Positions 9,066 to 16,118 of a stretch of DNA of 32,000 nucleotides are shown piece after piece; position 1 is the stretch's first letter, and every line of letters begins with the position of its first letter. This DNA is from Acaryochloris marina S15. GTDB taxonomy: Bacteria > Cyanobacteriota > Cyanobacteriia > Thermosynechococcales > Thermosynechococcaceae. The position numbers were made by a program, and so were the translations under genes. The stretch lies in NCBI RefSeq assembly GCF_018336915.1, contig NZ_CP064923.1, forward strand, positions 660,001 to 692,000. The letters are read 5' to 3'. The notes beneath the pieces are model-generated. The model did no database searches, was not told where the DNA came from, and was given only the letters and a program-made list of their open reading frames with translations.

Positions 9066-9569
9066 CAACCCAGATTGGCTCTATATTCCCTTGATTCAGG
9101 ATAAAGGAATGTTGAGTGTTGAGAGTTAAGGGGGATGGAGATAATGAGGGTACTAGCTTAATTTTGATACATACCCACTGAGGATGATGGACATGGCAAG
9201 TAACACTGCTTTGGTGGATCTGTTTACAGTGGTGGAAACTACTATTTCTGATAAATTGAATGGATAGTATTGAGAGCATGTTATTTTTGTGATCAAGTAA
9301 GCAGTAGGACATAATTAATTTCACAACATTTTTGCTAAAACCCTGGCTTAGCAAGGAAATAGATTGTAATTACTTCTGCTTAAGTGCTTATATATACTCA
9401 TCCCAAAAATCTTTACTAGTCTTTGCTTTTAGACGTTAAATTTTTGATCCCAGAATTTGTGCATCTGCAAAGGTGACATGCTCCCATAGTATCTAGATAA
9501 CATCCTGATTTCAGAAGTATACGGATTAGAGTCGAAAAATGTCTTGATTCTGGAGCTATCATGCCTTCA

Positions 9570-9575
9570 TATAAT
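9570..9575 (+). promoter_or_regulatory. Possible -10 element (TATAAT) for the 9611-10683 gene pair
   Basis: A consensus TATAAT lies about 36 nt upstream of the first ATG. The best -35-like hexamer (TTGATT, 9544-9549) has a non-ideal 20-nt spacer. This is sequence pattern only. Confidence 0.2.
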
Positions 9576-9610
9576 TACTAGTTAAGCCGCTGCAGACTTT
9601 ATTAAGTACG

Positions 9611-10033
9611 ATGAGAGAGATGATGGATACGCCAAGATGCCTAGTGCTCATGCCATACGGTCGTTCTCAAGTGAGTGCTAGGCAGATCATTGTTGACATC
9701 TTGCAGAGAAATGGAGTTGAGCCCATTATTCCGGAGGAGTTTGTTGCCGGCGCGCGATGGGCTGACGAGATGCTTGAATCATTACGGTTGAGCGATTTCA
9801 TTATTGCGGACTTATCTGAATTTAACCCGAATGTGATATTTGAACTCGGTGTTGCCCACGGTCTTCGAAAGCCCTTTATTATACTTATTAGTTCTGAGTC
9901 TGAAGGACAAATCCCCAGCGATTTATCAGGGTATCAATACCTCACTTACAACCCGCATGACTCATATGAGTTGCACGAGCGCCTTACACGGTTTGTGTTG
10001 TCGATGCAGAAGCGACTCACGGCAGGCTCATGA
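9611..10033 (+). CDS. Small Rossmannoid protein with MPY...DFIIADLS..NPNVIFELGVA...KPFIIL core; predicted nucleoside 2-deoxyribosyltransferase/deoxyribohydrolase/TIR-like fold (paralog A)
   Basis: 140-aa ORF, clearly paralogous to the next ORF (about 17 identities in the 30-residue core). The conserved Glu is E78 (codon 9842-9844). Its stop overlaps the next start in ATGA (10030-10033). Possible starts are at 9611, 9620 and 9623, and GAGAGAG precedes the last. The fold call comes from motif memory, not a search. Confidence 0.7.
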   Translation: MREMMDTPRCLVLMPYGRSQVSARQIIVDILQRNGVEPIIPEEFVAGARWADEMLESLRLSDFIIADLSEFNPNVIFELGVAHGLRKPFIILISSESEGQIPSDLSGYQYLTYNPHDSYELHERLTRFVLSMQKRLTAGS

Positions 10034-10683
10034 GTGGTAAAAAGGTTTGTTTTGTTGTGATGCCGTTCCGACCAGAACTTAACTTCTTTTTTCTTTACTT
10101 ACAGCGATATCTTGAGGAAACTCATGGCCTTAGCGTTCGCCGTGGCGACACCAGCGTTCTCACTAAAGCTTTAATGGAGAAGATCGAGTTTGAGATTCAG
10201 AACGCAGATTTTATCATTGGAGATATCTCACATCCGAATCCAAATGTTTTCTATGAGCTTGGAATTGCCCGAGCCAACGGTAAACCAGTGATTTTCTTGA
10301 CACAAGATGAGCCTGAAAAAGCACCTGTAGATGTTCGAGAATTCGAGTTTATTAGATACGACCTGTCAAGACACGATGATCTTCTGACGAAGCTGGATAA
10401 TGCTGTCCAACATTTACTTGGTCCGGGATATCAGGAACTCTACGATCGCGCTATCACGACGCTACAGATATTCAATTCCGAAACTGAGTCGACGTTCGCA
10501 CCTGCATCAATCGAGGAATTCCAAGCCCGGGCAATACGTGCAGAGCGGCTTGAAGGTCTCCCAGATACGGACGACGATGCGGCAGTTCGAGAGTTTGTTT
10601 TGCCAAAGATAATCTCCGACGCAACTAACATCGCTATAATGCGCAAGATTGATCTGTGGTTGACACCACCACCGATCGACTGA
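10030..10683 (+). CDS. Rossmannoid protein with CFVVMPF...ADFIIGDIS..NPNVFYELGIA...KPVIFL core plus ~90-aa helical C-terminal extension; predicted nucleoside 2-deoxyribosyltransferase/deoxyribohydrolase/TIR-like fold (paralog B)
   Basis: 217-aa ORF. The N-terminal ~125 aa align to paralog A, with the conserved Glu at E76 (codon 10255-10257). The C-terminal residues ~125-217 have no counterpart in A. The 4-nt overlap with the upstream gene suggests translational coupling. Confidence 0.75.
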   Translation: MSGKKVCFVVMPFRPELNFFFLYLQRYLEETHGLSVRRGDTSVLTKALMEKIEFEIQNADFIIGDISHPNPNVFYELGIARANGKPVIFLTQDEPEKAPVDVREFEFIRYDLSRHDDLLTKLDNAVQHLLGPGYQELYDRAITTLQIFNSETESTFAPASIEEFQARAIRAERLEGLPDTDDDAAVREFVLPKIISDATNIAIMRKIDLWLTPPPID

Positions 10684-11173
10684 GACACGGATAATATGCT
10701 TTTAATAGATACTGAGAATCGGTACCGCTGTACTTGATCATTAGCAAGATTAGATGATTAAATCTAGACTCACCAAAGAGCGTTAAAAGACCAGTGTAGC
10801 AATACTTATAGGCAAATTTATGAGCGAGAAACTATACCACAATCATTTGACCGAAATGATAGAGAAAATACAGCGACTTTCCACCGCATTAGATATACAT
10901 AGAAACCTCTCATTCGTATCTCGACAATGACACATACATCTAGTATGGTTGTCACCTACAAATCTTATGTAGCTTAGCAGTGTAGGCTTGTTCGTGATTT
11001 TGACCAAAAGAGATAATAGACCTCTTACATAATTCAGCTAACGATATGGTAGTGGACTAAAAATCTAAGGCAGAATCGCAGTATTTATTGAGTAAGTAGC
11101 ACATAATGAAACGAATATTGCAAGAGGTCTACTCTTCTACCCAATAATTTTCAGGAAGGGTACACTAACCGAA

Positions 11174-11208
11174 TGTACCTAAAAAACTAAAATAATTTTA
11201 GGTGTACA
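11174..11208 (-). terminator. Bulged stem-loop 5 nt downstream of the sigma-factor stop (possible terminator or RNA-stability element)
   Basis: TGTAC-CTAAAA (11174-11184) pairs with TTTTAG-GT-GTACA (11196-11208), leaving an 11-nt loop and a 2-nt bulge. No clear U-tract follows on the minus strand. Confidence 0.35.
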
Positions 11209-11212
11209 GATA

Positions 11213-12199
11213 CTAACTAGCCAGATATTCAGAAATATCGGCTTTGCGCTTCCGTAGCTTACTTAAAGCTTCCCGCTCAATTTGTCGAACCCGCTCCCGA
11301 CTAATGCTTAAGCGATCGCCAATCTTGGCCAAAGTCAGCGGTTGACCATCATCTAAACCAAAGCGGAGATGGAGAACCTGCTGCTGCTGGTCTGTCAAAT
11401 CTGACATTAGCCGCTCAAGGTCTCGTCGCAAAGAAGCTTGCAGAGTAAAGTTCTCAGGAGATTCTGAAGGATCTTCAATCAGCTCACCCAGCTCGGTATC
11501 TTGGTTATCTCCAACCTTTACATCAAGGGATAACGGCTGGCGAGCACGTTCCAAATATTCACGGACTTGCTTACCCGTTAAATCTAATTCGGTGGCTAAC
11601 TCGCTGATTGTTGCTGCTCGGCCCAACTTTTGGGAGAGCTGCCGTTGCGTCTTCTTAATTTTGTTGAGCTTTTCTGTGATGTGGATGGGGAGTCGAATCG
11701 TCCGTCCTTTTTCTGCGATCGCACGAGTGATCGCCTGCCGAATCCACCAGTAAGCATAGGTCGAGAATCGATAGCCTTTCGTTGGATCGAACTTCTCGAC
11801 GCCTCGCTGCATACCAATGGTGCCCTCTTGGATCAGATCCAACAGGTCTACATTGCGCTTGATATATTTTTTAGCCACGGAAACTACCAAGCGCAGGTTG
11901 GCTTCCACCATCTTTCGCTTGGCCGCTTCTCCTGCATTTAGAGCTTTTTGCAGCTCAGCTTCCGAGAGCTTAGCGGCCATCGACCACTCCGTCTGGTTCG
12001 GTTGACGTTCTAATTGCCCCGCCAATTCTTCGTGAATAGTCTGCAGCTTAATCAGGTGTTGGACTTGCTTGCCAAACGTTACCTCTTCTTCATGGGTCAA
12101 GAGGGGGACACGCCCAATCTCTCGCAAGTAAGAGCGCACAGAATCTTTAGCAATTTCTTTGGTTCTCATGGGGCGTCTCTCAAGTTTAGACAAAGGCAT
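11213..12199 (-). CDS. RNA polymerase sigma factor, sigma-70 family (group 2-like)
   Basis: 328-aa ORF with [19 protein letters not shown] (region 1.2), region 2 ([47 protein letters not shown]), region 3, and the region 4 HTH ([24 protein letters not shown]). The start may be Met1 or Met11. Confidence 0.92.
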   Translation of the reverse strand: MPLSKLERRPMRTKEIAKDSVRSYLREIGRVPLLTHEEEVTFGKQVQHLIKLQTIHEELAGQLERQPNQTEWSMAAKLSEAELQKALNAGEAAKRKMVEANLRLVVSVAKKYIKRNVDLLDLIQEGTIGMQRGVEKFDPTKGYRFSTYAYWWIRQAITRAIAEKGRTIRLPIHITEKLNKIKKTQRQLSQKLGRAATISELATELDLTGKQVREYLERARQPLSLDVKVGDNQDTELGELIEDPSESPENFTLQASLRRDLERLMSDLTDQQQQVLHLRFGLDDGQPLTLAKIGDRLSISRERVRQIEREALSKLRKRKADISEYLAS

Positions 12200-12456
12200 C
12201 TAGGATGGCGTGTGGACTTGTAAGAAATGAATTCTCATCTATCTCACTACAAAGGCAATCCCGTTCAGCAAGTCAAACGTACAATACCGTATCCAAACAC
12301 TTACAACAGTCAAAAAGATTACGCTCTGTAAACTTAGATGTCTGTATATAGGGCTCATCAGACTTGAATTGTACCTTTTATATTAAAAATCGTAACATAT
12401 CTTTAATTTATCTTTGTCTTTGCTTGTCAGAGATTCCAATTAATGTTCCAGACAAA

Positions 12457-13206
12457 TTATTGATCGGAACTGGCATACTCCCACAAATGTAGACGTTGCC
12501 AGGGTTTTTGGGTTGCAACGGCCCCGGCAAAGTTAGGATCTGGAAATAGGTTGTGCAGAAATAGTTGATGAGACTGCGATTGCTCCATCACATTGATAGT
12601 GGTGCTGGCTTGATTTAATCCCTGGGCTACATTGATTTGATTGAGGGCATGGGCAATGCTGCCGCCCATTGCCTTAACACAAGCTTCTTTCCGGGTCCAC
12701 AGTTGAAAAAAAGTACGGCATTGTCGTTCTACAGGCTGTTGCAGTAGAATCTCGTGTTCTGCTTCTGAAAAGAAGCGCTGGCTTATATTTATATACTTAG
12801 CCTGTGGGTTCACCTGCTCAATATCAACACCCACTGCAGTCGTCTGAGTAATGGCAATAACAGCTAATTCATGGGAATGAGAAACGTTGAATTGCAAATT
12901 CAAGGGATTGCAAGACGCTATGAGTTGAGGTTTGCCATAGTTTCCATAATCAAAGTACAAGACTTTACCCGACGTCTGTAAATACTGGCCCAACAAGCAT
13001 CGTAGGGTTCCCCGGACCTGCACATACTTGCCCTGATCTTGCGATCTCACAAACCGCTGGGCTCTCTGTTGCTCATCTCTAGACAATAAATTCCATAAAG
13101 AAGGGTCTATTTCACCCCTCGCTTGTAGTGAGAGTCGCCAGATATGTAGTGCCTGGGGGACGATCGAGATCACTTTACCAGTGGGAATCCATTGCCAATT
13201 GGACAT
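12457..13206 (-). CDS. 4'-phosphopantetheinyl transferase, Sfp/HetI type
   Basis: 249-aa ORF with FNVSHS, GVDIE and the W-x-x-KEA-x-x-K motif (WTRKEACVKAMG). Confidence 0.85.
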   Translation of the reverse strand: MSNWQWIPTGKVISIVPQALHIWRLSLQARGEIDPSLWNLLSRDEQQRAQRFVRSQDQGKYVQVRGTLRCLLGQYLQTSGKVLYFDYGNYGKPQLIASCNPLNLQFNVSHSHELAVIAITQTTAVGVDIEQVNPQAKYINISQRFFSEAEHEILLQQPVERQCRTFFQLWTRKEACVKAMGGSIAHALNQINVAQGLNQASTTINVMEQSQSHQLFLHNLFPDPNFAGAVATQKPWQRLHLWEYASSDQ

Positions 13207-13298
13207 ATTGATGGTTTCTATGCTCGCATTACCGCAGTTTGACCCTTGGCGGAGTCGTGTCTACATCCCTTGCTAAAGTGAGAGACATAGTTTGAGAG

Positions 13299-13802
13299 AT
13301 GTATAAGGATACCGCAACCTTGTTAGACGAAAAAGCCAAACGCACCTTGCTTCGCAACATTCCCCATCCCCTCAACATCTGTGGTGTTAAAGAAGGGGAT
13401 GAAGTCAATGGATTCACCCTTAGCTGGATGACCCAAGCCTCTTTTAAGCCCCCGATGATTGTCATTGGCGTGCGCCAAGATTCTCGTTCCCACGCCATGA
13501 TCAAGGCGAGTCAAGTCTTCGCTGTTAGCTTTCTAGAGGTGTCGCAACAAGATTTAGCAGAAACCTTTTTTAAGCCCCAACAAAGAACAGGCGATAAATT
13601 TGGCGATGTAGAGTTCTACTTAGGTGAAGAGACTGGCTGTCCGATTATTGCTAGTGCTTTAGGCTTCGTAGAATGTCAGGTCAAAGGCAGCTTAGAAGAA
13701 GGCGATCATTCTATTTTTATGGGAGAAGTCATCGCTGCTGGGCAGCATCGTGAGGGACAGCCCCTATGGATGAAAGATACGCCCTGGCAATACGGCGGCT
13801 GA
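13299..13802 (+). CDS. Flavin reductase-like (FMN-binding split-barrel) domain protein
   Basis: 167-aa ORF. The pattern NGFTLSWMTQASF.PPMIVIGV......H..I..S..FAVSFL...Q..LA..F...........F, followed by a ...GDH.IF.GEV tail, is typical of the flavin reductase family. Confidence 0.8.
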   Translation: MYKDTATLLDEKAKRTLLRNIPHPLNICGVKEGDEVNGFTLSWMTQASFKPPMIVIGVRQDSRSHAMIKASQVFAVSFLEVSQQDLAETFFKPQQRTGDKFGDVEFYLGEETGCPIIASALGFVECQVKGSLEEGDHSIFMGEVIAAGQHREGQPLWMKDTPWQYGG

Positions 13803-13934
13803 AGTCCCTGTCTACTTCTGATGCAGAGCAGGGCATACTAACCCCAGACAGATTCTCAAATATTCCTGAGATAGGATCTGAATCAAGCATTGACGAATTA
13901 TTTCTAGAAGTTGGTTGAGAGAGTGAAATAAATA

Positions 13935-14504
13935 ATGTTGACATCTTCTCGGCGCTGGTTAACGCGCCTTCTGGTTGGTTCTGTTATGGCGTCTACAGCG
14001 TTGGTAGCCACTCTGCCGGGGCATACACAATCAGCAGGAGACGTAATTCAAATTGGGGGTAGTGCTTCAGAGCAGTCCCGCTTCCAAAACTATTGGCAGC
14101 AATTGATGAACCTCAATGGCCCACCAGAGACTGAGGAAGCTTCTGCAAGTTCTTCTTTTGAAGAAAGTGATGTGGATCCCCAAGCCTTAGCGCAAAAACT
14201 CAGCAAGAACCTACGAGTATCGAATCTTCGTCTTGCTCCTATTATTCGTTTGAATGGTTCGTCTGAAGTTCAAGGAACCCTAACAAACGGCAACAAGAAA
14301 TCTGTAACCGTATCGGGCGTGAATTTCGAAGTGGTCGATGGTAGCGGCAAGCTGATACAGACTGGAAGTGCCGTGCCCAGACCATCTAACTTATCTTCAG
14401 GCCAGTCTGTCACCTTCAAAGCTCAACTACTAACAGTGCCTCCTAACGGAAGTTATAAAGTGCGTCTGACAAAACCCGCTTTTAATATTCAGGGTGGTGT
14501 GTAG
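13935..14504 (+). CDS. Secreted hypothetical protein with C-terminal beta-sandwich-like domain
   Basis: 189-aa ORF with a signal peptide (LLVGSVMASTALVATLPGHTQS). The C-terminal segment VQGTLTNGNKKSVTVSGVNFEVVDGSGKLIQTG...LSSGQSVTFKA resembles DUF3426/FxLYD-type domains from memory; this is unverified. Confidence 0.65.
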   Translation: MLTSSRRWLTRLLVGSVMASTALVATLPGHTQSAGDVIQIGGSASEQSRFQNYWQQLMNLNGPPETEEASASSSFEESDVDPQALAQKLSKNLRVSNLRLAPIIRLNGSSEVQGTLTNGNKKSVTVSGVNFEVVDGSGKLIQTGSAVPRPSNLSSGQSVTFKAQLLTVPPNGSYKVRLTKPAFNIQGGV

Positions 14505-14611
14505 TCTTCTGTTTTCGAACTAGTTGGGACCACCTTTTGTGTTTGGCGGTACATCTATATTGCTATAAAGTTAGGGGCAATGGTGGTACCCAATTTCAAG
14601 CGTGATGTTTG

Positions 14612-14638
14612 AGGCGACCTAGGTACTCTGGGTCGCCT
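14612..14638 (+). terminator. Stem-loop about 110 nt downstream of the 13935-14504 gene (weak terminator candidate)
   Basis: AGGCGACC (14612-14619) pairs with GGTCGCCT (14631-14638), with an 11-nt loop. It is followed by TCTCTGATCT, which is T-containing but not a clean U-tract. Confidence 0.3.
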
Positions 14639-14905
14639 TCTCTGATCTAACGGTAAGCTCTCATTGGATTGACATAATAAGGGCGTAAGCTACTGTAAAC
14701 AATTGAACATGACTTGTTTTGTTTGCCTTCTTCTCTCGTAATCACTGGGTATGGCGTTATTACTGAGTGCTAGAAGGTTTACGCTTCATGGGTGTTATGG
14801 CTGTCTGTTATTCTCTGAAGACTCATGCAATAGTGTTATACGCTTACCTTCTCCAATGCTGTTGACTCTGCACACATCTAATCTTGAACCTCTTACAATA
14901 CGGTT

Positions 14906-15160
14906 ATGAACGCGTTTGATCCAACCCCACCCAACTGGACCAATTCAGCTACCCATGCCCATCATTTTTATTGTCCAAGTTGCCGGGCGACCTGTTCAGA
15001 AGCACAGGCAGTGTGGATCAATCGTCGGGCTCCGGTCATTACCGAAACCTATCTGCGCAAGTGGCAAGAGTTTTACCAATGCCAGTGTGGACAGGCTTGG
15101 TGGGCTTGGAGTAGCGATCGTCCACCTTCAGATTTATATCCAAAAGAACATCCAGAATGA
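14906..15160 (+). CDS. Small Cys4 zinc-ribbon-like hypothetical protein
   Basis: 84-aa ORF with CPSC ... CQC pairs separated by about 32 residues, and Trp-rich (AWWAWSS). Its stop overlaps the start of the next gene in ATGA (15157-15160). Confidence 0.6.
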   Translation: MNAFDPTPPNWTNSATHAHHFYCPSCRATCSEAQAVWINRRAPVITETYLRKWQEFYQCQCGQAWWAWSSDRPPSDLYPKEHPE

Positions 15161-15921
15161 ACTGGCAAGAAATAGAAAATAACTCAATCCTTATTCCTCC
15201 CCAACCCATTGCCTTAATTCATTTTCTGGGTGGTGCTTTCGTTGCTGCTGCCCCACAAGCAACCTATCGAAGGCTCCTGGAAGGACTCGCTAATCAAGGG
15301 TATGCCGTCATTGCTACTCCTTTTCTCACCTCAGTCGATCATGCAGGTATTGCGGAAGAAGCGCTCCATCAATTTGAAGATACAGTCGATTGCTTACAAA
15401 GAACAGCACGATTGCCCCAGTTCCTGCCCATTTATGGCATTGGTCATAGTATGGGGTGCAAACTCCACCTACTAATTGGCAGTTTGTTTGAGGTCAAGCG
15501 AGCTGGAAATATCTTGATTTCCTTTAATAACGCCCCGATTGATAAGGCAATTCCCTTCGCTGACTTGATTACTCCTGCGGTTCCGATTGAATTTTCGCCT
15601 AATCCTGCTCAAACCAACCGCTTAGTGGAACGACACTACCAAATTCCTAGGAATTTAATGGTCAAGTTTTCCAATGACACCCTAGATCAGACCTTAAGGT
15701 TGTCAGGGTTGTTAGAACAGCGTTTTCCGGGCATGATTTCCATTCAGCGCTTAGCAGGCAATCATCTGACGCCATTAGGACAAGATGTCCGTTGGCAACC
15801 AGGAGATACGTTTACCCCCCTGGATGCTGTGGGGCAATGGTTTCGTCAAGAGTTATATAAAGATGTCAATCACCTTGAAAAAGCGATCTTGCGCTGGCTC
15901 GATCCGCTGAGTGTTATTTGA
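15157..15921 (+). CDS. Alpha/beta-hydrolase-fold protein, DUF1350-like
   Basis: 254-aa ORF with IHFLGGAFVAA.P...YR.LLE.LA..GYAVIATPF and the nucleophile elbow GHSMG. Size and N-terminal pattern match my memory of the cyanobacterial/plastid DUF1350 family. Confidence 0.75.
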   Translation: MNWQEIENNSILIPPQPIALIHFLGGAFVAAAPQATYRRLLEGLANQGYAVIATPFLTSVDHAGIAEEALHQFEDTVDCLQRTARLPQFLPIYGIGHSMGCKLHLLIGSLFEVKRAGNILISFNNAPIDKAIPFADLITPAVPIEFSPNPAQTNRLVERHYQIPRNLMVKFSNDTLDQTLRLSGLLEQRFPGMISIQRLAGNHLTPLGQDVRWQPGDTFTPLDAVGQWFRQELYKDVNHLEKAILRWLDPLSVI

Positions 15922-16118
15922 ATCAATCATCCAAACTGTGTGTATTGCAGGTGAGTGTTGGAAAGAGGGCCAAAGGCATCGCCAGGGAATATGGAGTGCG
16001 TATTTGGGTATTGTTGTTTGCGATCGCACCCATTCCATCCAAAATCAGCATAAACTCATTCGGTTAGTCCCAACCCCTGGCACAATAAAAATATTGGTGG
16101 GAAGACGACAATTAGGCT

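Noticed and set aside
9052-9354. 100-aa minus-strand ORF upstream of and overlapping the mutY start
   Set aside because: It sits in AT-rich DNA, has an odd His/Cys/Ser/Ile-rich composition, no RBS or recognisable motif, and runs into mutY in another frame. It is more likely the mutY promoter region.
9045-10977. 11-bp direct repeat ATGTAGCTTAG at 9045-9055 and 10967-10977 bracketing the two-gene cassette (possible att or target-site duplication)
   Set aside because: The chance expectation for one 11-mer match between two ~600-bp regions is roughly 600 x 600 / 4^11, about 0.09, so it is not compelling. The left copy lies inside the mutY coding sequence. No integrase, transposase or terminal inverted repeats accompany it.
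11017-11131. 10-bp inverted repeat TAGACCTCTT / AAGAGGTCTA separated by 95 nt in the right flank
   Set aside because: Chance expectation within a ~500-bp region is about 0.1, and there is no supporting structure or conservation information.
9066-11212. Absence of HIP1 in the cassette region as evidence of foreign origin
   Set aside because: HIP1 density in the window is only about 1 per 2.9 kb, so zero copies in 2.1 kb is not statistically informative.
12279-12292. NtcA-like site GTA-N8-TAT about 86 nt upstream of the sigma-factor start
   Set aside because: One half-site is imperfect, no properly spaced -10 (TAN3T) is evident downstream, and the loose pattern is expected many times by chance in 32 kb.
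13229-13514. Minus-strand ORFs of 91 and 63 aa overlapping the 5' part of the flavin reductase gene
   Set aside because: They are antisense to a motif-supported CDS and have no recognisable features.
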